A program made the position numbers and the translations under genes. The notes under the pieces are model-generated. The model saw only the letters and a list, made by a program, of their open reading frames with translations, was not told where the DNA came from and ran no database searches. This document shows positions 1 to 6,975 of a stretch of DNA of 64,000 bases, piece by piece. The DNA comes from a virus (lineage: Duplodnaviria; Caudoviricetes), in IMG/VR virus record IMGVR_UViG_3300024980_000003, positions 15-64,014 of that record. The stretch is one strand, 5' to 3'. Every line of letters starts with the position of its first letter. Positions within the stretch are counted from its first letter, which is position 1.

Positions 1-17
1 ACAACGCATTGATTTAA

Positions 18-66
18 TGGAGCCAATGGCGGGAGTCGAACCCGCGACCTACTGATTACGAATCAG
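18..66 (-). repeat. att core at the prophage/host junction: 3' half of tRNA-Thr(CGT), anticodon arm to CCA
   Basis: Minus strand CTGATTCGTAATCAGTAGGTCGCGGGTTCGACTCCCGCCATTGGCTCCA; no D-arm or 5' acceptor strand upstream. Confidence 0.9.
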
Positions 67-198
67 GACGGTTATTATTCTGGCCTGTTCTTGCTAGGAT
101 TTTAATGTGTCATCAAGTGCCTGTTTTACAGGGCTTGCAGCTTTTCGTCATTCCTTTCTGTTCCTTTTTGTGACGGTAATAATCTATTATATGTCACT

Positions 199-228
199 CC
201 CAAAGGCACTACGAAAGGCACTACGAAA
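199..228 (+). promoter_or_regulatory. Integrase arm-type binding sites (AAAGGCACTAC direct repeats)
   Basis: CCCAAAGGCACTACGAAAGGCACTACGAAA; the same tandem motif lies on the other att arm at 63763-63789. Confidence 0.75.
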
Positions 229-229
229 A

Positions 230-1426
230 ATGGCATTCACCGACAAGCAGATTAAAGGACTTAAACCCAAGGCAGCGCCCTATCGCCTTTTTGAAAAAGG
301 CCCCGACAAGGGGTTCGGCATCCAGGTAACAGCAAATGGCTCGGTATCGTTTTTCATCCAGTATGCCACAAACGGGAAGAAGCGATTTTATAACTTAGGA
401 CGCTATCCCTCGGTGACGCTTTATGATGCAAGGATAAAATGCCGGGAAATCAGGGCGATGATTGATAACGGCAGCGATCCGCAAGAACAACACCCCACGC
501 ACCGTTTTGGCGTGGTGCGCGACTTGTTTGACTACTATGTAAAAAAGATGCGCGACGATGGCAAGACTACGTGGGTTGATGTGCAAAATGGCCTGAATGC
601 CAACTGCCAAGATATTATGGCTATGCAAGCTAACAAGGTTGATCCTATCCATATTAGGAAAATCCTGCATACGATCATCAACAGAGGATCAGAGGTTCAG
701 GCAAACCGTATCAGGGCTTATTTGAACCGGGCGTTTAAGCTGGGCGTTTACCATGACAATGACCCGGCAAACCTATCGAGTTCAGTGATATTCCAACTCG
801 CTATGAATCCGGTGGAAGCGATACCCAAGAACACGAAAGCCGAAGCCGCCGGTGAGCGCAACCTGTCATTTGGCGAGATCAAGACGCTGTGGCATAGCAA
901 CGACATTGGCGAGCAGATGAGCATAGCCGCAAAGCTATTGTTGATTTACGGGTGCCGGATGATGGAGCTGTGCGGGGCCAAGAAAAACGAGTTTGATTTT
1001 GACGCGATGATCTGGACGATACCTTGGGAGCGCGTTAAAACCAGCAAGAAAAATAAGCGCCCTCACCTGTTGCCGATCACGCCGCTGGCAAAAACGCTAC
1101 TGGATCGGCAATTGCTCTATGCCTGGGACTCTGAGTATCTATTCCCCGGTCGGCATGACAATAGCAAACATATTCATCAAACCTCATTGAATCATGCCAT
1201 GAGGCGTGTATCCGGGCTTGATTCTTTCGATGTGAGAGCGTTACGTCGAACATGGAAAACCAGAACGGGCGAAGCTGGCATAGGTATTGAAGTCAGGAAT
1301 CTAATTCAGAACCATAGCCGAACGGATGTTAGCTCGGTGCATTATGACAAATGGAGTTATATCGCAGAAAAAAGGGCGGCTCTTGAGCGATGGGAGGCGC
1401 ATCTTATTGGAATGCTGAAGGATTAA
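230..1426 (+). CDS. int: Phage tyrosine integrase (P4-like, N-terminal arm-binding domain)
   Basis: Likely start MAFTDKQIKGLKPK; LGRYPSVTL arm domain; catalytic motifs YGCR, RALRRT, QNH, HYDKWSY; adjacent to tRNA att. Confidence 0.95.
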   Translation: MAFTDKQIKGLKPKAAPYRLFEKGPDKGFGIQVTANGSVSFFIQYATNGKKRFYNLGRYPSVTLYDARIKCREIRAMIDNGSDPQEQHPTHRFGVVRDLFDYYVKKMRDDGKTTWVDVQNGLNANCQDIMAMQANKVDPIHIRKILHTIINRGSEVQANRIRAYLNRAFKLGVYHDNDPANLSSSVIFQLAMNPVEAIPKNTKAEAAGERNLSFGEIKTLWHSNDIGEQMSIAAKLLLIYGCRMMELCGAKKNEFDFDAMIWTIPWERVKTSKKNKRPHLLPITPLAKTLLDRQLLYAWDSEYLFPGRHDNSKHIHQTSLNHAMRRVSGLDSFDVRALRRTWKTRTGEAGIGIEVRNLIQNHSRTDVSSVHYDKWSYIAEKRAALERWEAHLIGMLKD

Positions 1427-1493
1427 CAACCACCATCCAGCCGGATGATTTTAAACAGACTCGCGGCTTGTCCGATTGAGCGCATAGTTATAC
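1421..1493 (-). repeat. Degenerate/hybrid attC-like site 1
   Basis: Minus strand GTATAAC-TATGC-GCTCAAT-CGGAC is a canonical attC first half; the partner arm matches poorly; GATTAAC contains the int stop codon. Confidence 0.55.
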
Positions 1494-1503
1494 AGGGGTA
1501 AGA

Positions 1504-1770
1504 ATGATAACTGGGGTAGCTATTAGAAATGAAAATATGGTGATAAGCCTACCAAGACCGAATAGGCATTCAGATTGCTTTGCATACGCGCAAAGGATGG
1601 GAATTAATCTAAGCGAAAGCGAACTTGGAAAGAAAGCGGATCATCAGGGTTTTGTCACGCATACGGGCAAATTCCTAAACCGAGTTGAAGCGGCAAAATA
1701 TCTAAAACGAACAAAGCAAAAAACATTATTCCCAATTGGTGGAATAGCAATTAGCGAGGATTTGTGGTGA
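1504..1770 (+). CDS. Cassette ORF, small phage-type hypothetical protein
   Basis: 88 aa, RHSDC and QGFVTHTGKFLNRVEA motifs; bounded by GTTATAC and GCATAAC. Confidence 0.8.
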   Translation: MITGVAIRNENMVISLPRPNRHSDCFAYAQRMGINLSESELGKKADHQGFVTHTGKFLNRVEAAKYLKRTKQKTLFPIGGIAISEDLW

Positions 1771-1771
1771 T

Positions 1772-1868
1772 GCATAACGCCGTGTTAAGCGGAAAGCCGC
1801 CACACGGTTAATTTTAACGGCGCAAATGCGCTACATGGCGGCTTTTCCGCTTGAACTAAGAGTTATAC
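1772..1868 (-). repeat. attC-like site 2 (97 bp, complete)
   Basis: + strand GCATAAC-GCCGT-GTTAAGCGGAAAGCCGCCA...TGGCGGCTTTTCCGCTTGAAC-TAAGA-GTTATAC; perfect stem except one extra G and one extra T. Confidence 0.9.
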
Positions 1869-1879
1869 ATGGTGAAAAA

Positions 1880-2092
1880 ATGAACGAATGGCCTGGTGGT
1901 AAAAGACATGCAATGGATCAGGGAGAACACGAACGCTGGAATGATACGCATTATCCGGGAACGAGGCAGCTTTGTTGCAAGTGCGACGAACCGACCGGAC
2001 GTTGCGAAGAAGATTCTATCTATTCAGAAGACGGTGAGGATGGGCCGTTTTGTGAAGAGTGTTGGCGAGAGCATCCAGAATATGGTGTATAA
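1880..2092 (+). CDS. Cassette ORF, Cys-rich Zn-finger hypothetical protein
   Basis: CCKC...C...CEEC; flanks GTTATAC/GTATAAC are exact complements; the stop codon lies inside GTATAAC. Confidence 0.75.
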   Translation: MNEWPGGKRHAMDQGEHERWNDTHYPGTRQLCCKCDEPTGRCEEDSIYSEDGEDGPFCEECWREHPEYGV

Positions 2093-2123
2093 CGCCGAAT
2101 TAACGTTCGTCGGTACGAACTTT
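2087..2123 (-). repeat. attC-like half-site 3 (truncated)
   Basis: GTATAAC-GCCGA-ATTAAC...GGTACGAACTTT resembles the left part of site 4; no partner arm. Confidence 0.6.
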
Positions 2124-2358
2124 GCGGTGCGGGTTGACAGTAAAAAACGGAGTAGGCCAAAAACAGAACGAGGCAAAGTGTGGGTAAAATCAGCATCACA
2201 TCCGTTTTACGTTGGCATAAACGAGCGTGGCATATTTGAGACAAAAGAGGAGGCTGAACGCGCTAAAACAGAAACGTGGGAAATGATCGTAAATGTATGA
2301 CATAACAAACACATCTACTCGCGGCGACGTGGCTGACGGGGTATAATGGAGGGGCAAG

Positions 2359-2544
2359 ATGAGCACCGAAGAAGTTTTTGAAGAACTAGGGATAAGCGAG
2401 AAGGAGGCTCTGGAATATCTGAATCAATACACATTCGGCAGCAATGAGCTGACTGGGGCGGTCAGTATTGTGCGGTTCGCCGCGTGGTTTGCGTTTGAAT
2501 TGTGCAAAAATAACGAAACCAAAAAGGGTGTGCATAACGCCTAG
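2359..2544 (+). CDS. Cassette ORF, hypothetical protein
   Basis: 61 aa, GGAGG RBS, ends inside attC-like site 4. Confidence 0.7.
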   Translation: MSTEEVFEELGISEKEALEYLNQYTFGSNELTGAVSIVRFAAWFAFELCKNNETKKGVHNA

Positions 2545-2617
2545 TTAAGGCGTAGCGGCACGAACTTTAAACAACACCGCGATGCTGAACGGTGTCGCCT
2601 TGAATGACAGGCTATAT
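2532..2617 (-). repeat. attC-like site 4 (86 bp, one core mutated)
   Basis: GCATAAC-GCCTA-GTTAAGGCG...CGCCTTGAAT-GACAG-GCTATAT; the expected GTTATAT would complement ATATAAC at 2853. Confidence 0.8.
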
Positions 2618-2858
2618 GACACTAAAAATACTTGATATAAATGAACATGATTTGCATCTGGTCGGGCTAGAGTTAAACGCATGTCCATTTTGCGGAAGCA
2701 AAGCGTTTGCGACAGGCAGGTTTATCGAAACATCAGAGATATACCAGTATCGAGTCGCATGTATGAATCACCATTGCGGGGCAAGTGTCGCATATAATTC
2801 TCGTGATCGAAAAGATGCAGCAGATAACGCCATTAGAAATTGGCAAAAACGAATATAA
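2616..2858 (+). CDS. Cassette ORF, Lar-like restriction alleviation family protein
   Basis: LNACPFCGS...C...CGAS...AIRNWQKR pattern of the Lar_restr_allev family; stop in ATATAAC. Confidence 0.75.
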   Translation: MTLKILDINEHDLHLVGLELNACPFCGSKAFATGRFIETSEIYQYRVACMNHHCGASVAYNSRDRKDAADNAIRNWQKRI

Positions 2859-2908
2859 CGCCTGAATTCACCGGTCGCGCGGCGGTACGGTGGAATGAAA
2901 ATTTAAAA
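2853..2908 (-). repeat. Short degenerate attC-like site 5
   Basis: ATATAAC-GCCTGA-ATTCACCG...CGGTGGAAT (extra G)-GAAAA-TTTAAAA; right core decayed. Confidence 0.65.
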
Positions 2909-2923
2909 CTTTTGGAGAAAATA

Positions 2924-3259
2924 ATGGACTTTCAACGCTTGAGAAACCTGTCCAATGGACGATTGCACACCGAGATTGGCCACATCTACGAAGACCTGGA
3001 GACTATTACTGGCGAGCGCGGATTGATGACTCACATGCTTCCGAGAGCGGTAAGAGCGGTTAAGCCGTGGCTTCGCGAGCATGTAGCAGACCCACGTTTT
3101 TGGGATGGGGAATACGACACCGCGCACACCGGGGAGTACACATTGCCAGAGCCTACAGCAGAAGACAGGTTGGCGATGTTTGAGCGATATAAGGCGCAAC
3201 CGAACCCGCTGGAAGGTAAGGACGTGATTGCGGTGCAGGTGATGCACCTAACGCAATAA
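2924..3259 (+). CDS. Cassette ORF, hypothetical protein
   Basis: GGAG RBS, MDFQRLRNL start, ends inside site 6. Confidence 0.75.
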   Translation: MDFQRLRNLSNGRLHTEIGHIYEDLETITGERGLMTHMLPRAVRAVKPWLREHVADPRFWDGEYDTAHTGEYTLPEPTAEDRLAMFERYKAQPNPLEGKDVIAVQVMHLTQ

Positions 3260-3333
3260 TAACGGGACGCGGCGACGCGAATGAAATTTAACGAAAGATT
3301 AGGGCCGCGTTCCCGTTGATTTACGGGTTAGGC
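3246..3333 (-). repeat. attC-like site 6 (88 bp, complete)
   Basis: ACCTAAC-GCAAT-AATAACGGGACGCGGC...GCCGCGTTCCCGTTGATT-TACGG-GTTAGGC; extra T and G on the + strand. Confidence 0.9.
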
Positions 3334-3354
3334 TTAATACGGGAGAATAACATA

Positions 3355-3768
3355 ATGAGTTTTACAGATAACACAACAGGCAAATTTGAGTGGGGGACGC
3401 CACAAAGATTTTTTGATGAATTACACCGAGAATTTGGGTTTACGGTTGACGTTTGCGCTAATAAGGAGCTTGCAAAATGCCAAAAATACTACGACAAAGA
3501 AATGGACGGGCTGAAACAAGATTGGACGGGGGAGATTTGCTGGATGAACCCGCCCTATGGAGCCGCCATAGGTATGTGGCTCAAGAAAGCGGCCGAGAGC
3601 CGTGCGACTGTGGTTTGCCTTGTGCCATCGAGGACAGACAACAAGTGGTGGCACCAATGGGTAATGACGGCATCAGAGATCCGTTTCGTGAAAGGACGGC
3701 TACGGTTTCAGGGTGCAGGGGATGGAGCAAAATTTCCTTCAGCGATAGTAATTTTTAGAGGGGCATAA
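3355..3768 (+). CDS. Cassette ORF, phage DNA N6-adenine methyltransferase (Dam family)
   Basis: WGTPQ..FD.L..EFGFTVDVCA, WMNPPY, LVPSRTD..WW, EIRFVKGRLRF, FPSAIVIF; stop in GCATAAC. Confidence 0.9.
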   Translation: MSFTDNTTGKFEWGTPQRFFDELHREFGFTVDVCANKELAKCQKYYDKEMDGLKQDWTGEICWMNPPYGAAIGMWLKKAAESRATVVCLVPSRTDNKWWHQWVMTASEIRFVKGRLRFQGAGDGAKFPSAIVIFRGA

Positions 3769-3826
3769 CGCTGGCGTAACCGGCGCGTAGCGAAGCGGAG
3801 CGTCCGCGTTGACGCAAATGTTAGGC
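3763..3826 (-). repeat. attC-like site 7 (64 bp, complete)
   Basis: GCATAAC-GCTGG-CGTAACCGGCGC..GCGAAGC..GCGTCCGCGTTGACG-CAAAT-GTTAGGC; three unpaired bases, GAA loop. Confidence 0.9.
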
Positions 3827-3844
3827 CACGATTTTGGATGGAAA

Positions 3845-4051
3845 ATGAACGACTTTAATGACAACTACCCGAAGCAAAGAACAGGCAAAGAGTGCAAGAA
3901 AACGGATTGCGACAGGCATAAGGATTACGTTGCATGGCAATGCGGAACCGCTAGCCTTAATTTTTGCGTGGAATGCAAACATGCTCACGTTTCGCAGTAC
4001 AAGCGCAAGGGGCCTAACGCAATAATAACGGGACGCGGCGAAGCGTTATAA
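3845..4051 (+). CDS. Cassette ORF, Cys/His-rich hypothetical protein
   Basis: Flanks GTTAGGC (3820) and GCCTAAC (4012) are exact complements; the ORF reads into the next half-site. Confidence 0.65.
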   Translation: MNDFNDNYPKQRTGKECKKTDCDRHKDYVAWQCGTASLNFCVECKHAHVSQYKRKGPNAIITGRGEAL

Positions 4052-4052
4052 C
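4012..4052 (-). repeat. attC-like half-site 8 (copy of the left arm of site 6)
   Basis: CCTAACGCAATAATAACGGGACGCGGCGA is identical to 3247-3275, then breaks at GTTATAAC. Confidence 0.75.
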
Positions 4053-4121
4053 CACCACTTACGCGCAGTTCTCAGCAAATGCGCGTGTTTTCACGACATG
4101 ATTAATACAGGATGAAGTAGA

Positions 4122-4271
4122 ATGAACGAAGCAGAAAAGCTACGTGCGGCAATAAATACTATTGAATCGAGAGTAGTTGAGTTTTTGCTTGCCAGAATAT
4201 TTGGGAGAAAATTCTATTGCAACGATAGAACTTATGCTGAGTACAAAGGTAAAACATACCTGCTTAATTAA
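4122..4271 (+). CDS. Small hypothetical protein (49 aa, below the ORF-track cutoff)
   Basis: MNEAEKLRAAINT...KTYLLN; stop overlaps the 49-bp repeat. Confidence 0.55.
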   Translation: MNEAEKLRAAINTIESRVVEFLLARIFGRKFYCNDRTYAEYKGKTYLLN

Positions 4272-4313
4272 GCCAGTAATTCAGCCTCAATAGTCCGGCG
4301 CTTAGTCAAGCCA
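4265..4313 (+). repeat. 49-bp intergenic hairpin repeat, copy 1
   Basis: TAATTAAGCCAGTAATTCAGCCTCAA...GCGCTTAGTCAAGCCA; copy 2 lies 860 bp downstream. Confidence 0.85.
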
Positions 4314-4331
4314 CAACACACAAGGAACATA

Positions 4332-4598
4332 ATGAGTTTTTCAGAAGAAATAGTCTCAGCAGCAAGGCCAGCAAAAGGTTTTGATGTTGCGCCATACCGA
4401 GTAAAGAGTTTTCCCAAAGGCAACGGGTTAAGTTGTGTATGCAACGCTTACGGCTTTAATTGCACTACTTTTATTACGAAACCGGGGGCCGTCATGACGA
4501 CGCTTGATGATGCAACAGAGATTGCAAGACGATGGAACATGGGGAGCGGATTCCAAACCAGTATGCCGATTTTCACGACAATAGGAAAAACAGAATGA
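4332..4598 (+). CDS. Hypothetical protein
   Basis: AAGGA RBS; ATGA coupling to the next gene. Confidence 0.7.
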   Translation: MSFSEEIVSAARPAKGFDVAPYRVKSFPKGNGLSCVCNAYGFNCTTFITKPGAVMTTLDDATEIARRWNMGSGFQTSMPIFTTIGKTE

Positions 4599-4837
4599 CC
4601 TTACGCGATGAAATAATGAATTTGCCTTGTGATGATGATTGCTCGTTAATTTATATGATGGGTCATCATGAAGCCAGACATGCTGCCGCCGAGTTAGCAA
4701 TAAAGTACGACGCGGCGATGGCAGAAATTGAGCGCATTGCTGACAGGCTGGGGTCAGACAGAAACTATGAGCGCTGCATTGCCGTGGAAGATTTGCTTCA
4801 GGTGTTAGCTAATTTCGATCTTGGCGATGCAGGATAA
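4595..4837 (+). CDS. Hypothetical phage protein
   Basis: MTLRDEIMNL...GHHEARHAAAELA; translationally coupled. Confidence 0.7.
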   Translation: MTLRDEIMNLPCDDDCSLIYMMGHHEARHAAAELAIKYDAAMAEIERIADRLGSDRNYERCIAVEDLLQVLANFDLGDAG

Positions 4838-4840
4838 GAA

Positions 4841-5131
4841 ATGAAACCAGAAGATATTAAATACCCTAGAGATATATTTGCCGATTTAATTATAGGCAAT
4901 AGCCCGTATGCTTTTTATTTCTTTCAGTGGGTTCCATATCAAACCGATGCTAAACGATGGCGCTTAAAGCTATTTCATGACGTAAAGACATTTGATGGTA
5001 GAGAGGCATTTGGTATTTGGCCTAATGGAGGAAGTTGCGGCCCGTTTAAAGATGAGGAAGTGGAGTTTATACGGTTGAGCAAAGAGCAGTTTGGAAGCAC
5101 CTATCAAGACCCAAGAGATAAGGCTAATTAA
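4841..5131 (+). CDS. Hypothetical protein
   Basis: 96 aa; stop overlaps repeat copy 2. Confidence 0.7.
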   Translation: MKPEDIKYPRDIFADLIIGNSPYAFYFFQWVPYQTDAKRWRLKLFHDVKTFDGREAFGIWPNGGSCGPFKDEEVEFIRLSKEQFGSTYQDPRDKAN

Positions 5132-5173
5132 GCCAGTAACTCAGCCTCAACATTCCTGCGCTGAGTCAAGCCA
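5125..5173 (+). repeat. 49-bp intergenic hairpin repeat, copy 2
   Basis: TAATTAAGCCAGTAACTCAGCCTCAA...GCGCTGAGTCAAGCCA with ACTCAGC/GCTGAGT stem. Confidence 0.85.
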
Positions 5174-5193
5174 GCCAGCACAATATATAAAAG

Positions 5194-5227
5194 CAAAAGC
5201 CCATATCAAGTAAAGACTATGGGCTTA
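5194..5227. terminator. Hairpin between convergent early and lysis transcripts
   Basis: AAGCCCATA...TATGGGCTT with an upstream A-run (U-tract on the minus strand). Confidence 0.55.
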
Positions 5228-5319
5228 AAATTGACACTATGACTGATTGCAATCTCAGTATCATAGCGGCCTCATAAGAGGACTTAAAGCCTGATGCTTA
5301 TGCAGAGCAGGAAGGACAA

Positions 5320-5781
5320 TTAATCATACTGATCTAATCCGTATTGCCGTATTAAGTTTTTCAGTAAAGCAGCATAAGCCGGGTCGGTTGCATAGCCAGC
5401 CTTGGCGATTGCCTCAGCAAATTCACACCCATTTTCACACAGGAATGCTGGCTTATAGCGTTTGTTATTACGCAAGAACAATGCGTGATCGGCAATGCTA
5501 TCGGCCAGTGTTGCGTATTTACGAAAAGGAGCATTAACTTTGGTCTTAACGCCCTTGAAGTATTCCGTTGTCGGCATGAGTACCGAGTCGCCTTTCCATC
5601 TGGAATCAGCCTTAACGCCAAACAGGTTGCAAGCGTTCTTGGTAAGGGCCGATCTACCCCATCCAGATTCAAGTATTGCCTGAGCTATGGTTACGCTGGC
5701 CGGAACCGAATGCGCTTTGTGAGAGGCTTGAGCACCTGGTATCAGTGAGTTTAAAAATGCTGTGTTGCTTGGATTAACCAT
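5320..5781 (-). CDS. Endolysin, GH73 glucosaminidase (FlgJ-like)
   Basis: AQAILESGWG, NLFGVKA, TTEY, FRKY, GYATDPAY motifs. Confidence 0.93.
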   Translation of the reverse strand: MVNPSNTAFLNSLIPGAQASHKAHSVPASVTIAQAILESGWGRSALTKNACNLFGVKADSRWKGDSVLMPTTEYFKGVKTKVNAPFRKYATLADSIADHALFLRNNKRYKPAFLCENGCEFAEAIAKAGYATDPAYAALLKNLIRQYGLDQYD

Positions 5782-5989
5782 AATCGACCATATCAATAAT
5801 GCTTATCTTCTCAGCTCTTGTCATACCTTCCGTTTTTCTAGCATTGCAGCAGACAGCGCATGAGCATGTTTTTGGCGTATTAATAGCCATGCCGTGATAC
5901 TTAGGCTCACTGGTTAAATCCCTGCCATAATGAAAACGCCTGTTCTTTTTAAGGCGCTCACGGTGATGAAATTTTAATGCGCGACCCAC
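5774..5989 (-). CDS. Small basic Cys-rich hypothetical protein
   Basis: TPKTCSCAVCCNAR; overlaps neighbouring genes. Confidence 0.65.
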   Translation of the reverse strand: MGRALKFHHRERLKKNRRFHYGRDLTSEPKYHGMAINTPKTCSCAVCCNARKTEGMTRAEKISIIDMVDYG

Positions 5990-6237
5990 TATTTCCCCAA
6001 TGATCTAATAGCCGCTTTCAATATTGCTTTTCTGTTAATCAACTGAAAGACAAAGTTCGTTATATAAGTCAGTATGCCCAAGCAAACGCCGAACGCCCCT
6101 GCGTGGTGATCGAGTACCGCCAGCCAGTCTGATACCACAAGTCCTCCGCTGATTGAATACGCTAAGTATTGACACAAGCGCACGATGTACGCGGTTATCG
6201 GTTCTAAATGATCGTGAATACTTAGCGCCATGTTCAA
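5989..6237 (-). CDS. Putative holin
   Basis: Two hydrophobic segments and a basic C-terminus, upstream of the endolysin. Confidence 0.55.
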   Translation of the reverse strand: MNMALSIHDHLEPITAYIVRLCQYLAYSISGGLVVSDWLAVLDHHAGAFGVCLGILTYITNFVFQLINRKAILKAAIRSLGK

Positions 6238-6506
6238 TCCCTTGCGACTTGGTTTTTAAGCCACACTACCCCAAGCTCTAATAGCATTCGGATAACCGAT
6301 TCCGCTATAGGCTCAATCAAGTCCTCGAAGATGATTTCCAGATCAGCTAAAACCTTGTGCCGCTTGTCGGCTCCGGTGGCATCCGGCATGTCGGCATTGG
6401 CTAATTCAATGCGGTTCTTGATGCGTTCAAATAAATCGGCCTTGCCAATCAGCATGACGAACGTAGTTATGGCGGTCTGGATAATGGATTGAGTTAGGTT
6501 ATTCAT
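6234..6506 (-). CDS. Lysis-region hypothetical protein
   Basis: ATGADKRHKV motif; coupled to neighbours. Confidence 0.65.
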   Translation of the reverse strand: MNNLTQSIIQTAITTFVMLIGKADLFERIKNRIELANADMPDATGADKRHKVLADLEIIFEDLIEPIAESVIRMLLELGVVWLKNQVARD

Positions 6507-6627
6507 CGCATGAGATTCCGAGCATCACGCCGTCAGCTCGTGTTTGAGCGGTTGAGACAACGGGTGATAGGGTTGGGTGACAGGACGCGCACCCCGACAG
6601 CAAGGCCAGGATGAGCATGGATTTCAT
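6499..6627 (-). CDS. Small lipoprotein (42 aa), spanin candidate
   Basis: MKSMLILALLSG-C lipobox; coupled at both ends; absent from the ORF track. Confidence 0.65.
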   Translation of the reverse strand: MKSMLILALLSGCASCHPTLSPVVSTAQTRADGVMLGISCDE

Positions 6628-6827
6628 TACTTGTTAAAGCCGTCGATTTTTTGCGCGGGCGTCGCTTCCGGGATAAACACCGCAATGCCGCCAGCAACCA
6701 AGGTCAATACGCCCATCCAGTTGTCGAGTTGCACTTGAGGCACTTGGAAGATTCCGGCCAGGAACATGATAACGCGATAGTTAGCGGGTTCTTTGAGCCG
6801 CTCGAAGAGATAGATTAACTTACCCAT
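6627..6827 (-). CDS. Small membrane protein (holin-like)
   Basis: ERLKEP..Y followed by two hydrophobic helices; first gene of the lysis operon. Confidence 0.6.
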   Translation of the reverse strand: MGKLIYLFERLKEPANYRVIMFLAGIFQVPQVQLDNWMGVLTLVAGGIAVFIPEATPAQKIDGFNK

Positions 6828-6975
6828 GTAGTGTGTCTCCCGACAGTCTTGAGTTTGAATTATTCTAACACAAACAGACAGCAGATTTAAGCGAAACTTG
6901 CAATAGGTTTATGGATGAATGCGACCGCCCAGTGAAGTGCGTACGCTTTTCTTAGCACGAAACGCGAGGGCCGAT

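Noticed and set aside
18-95. Intact tRNA-Thr genes at either end
   Set aside because: Only anticodon arm to CCA is present in both copies; D-arm and 5' acceptor strand are missing.
107-229. N-terminal extension of the integrase in the ORF track
   Set aside because: It runs through the att arm repeats; the family-typical start is the ATG at 230.
230-1426. Integron integrase IntI
   Set aside because: It has an arm-binding N-terminal domain, arm sites, a tRNA att and a cognate xis; no IntI-specific insertion is seen.
1896-2300. 134-aa ORF as annotated
   Set aside because: Its 5' part overlaps the better-supported 1880-2092 ORF and crosses an attC half-site; only the 3' part may be a gene remnant.
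1421-4052. CRISPR, REP or terminator interpretation of the intergenic palindromes
   Set aside because: They vary in sequence, are spaced by whole genes, lack U-tracts, and carry TAAC/GTT cores with fixed bulges.
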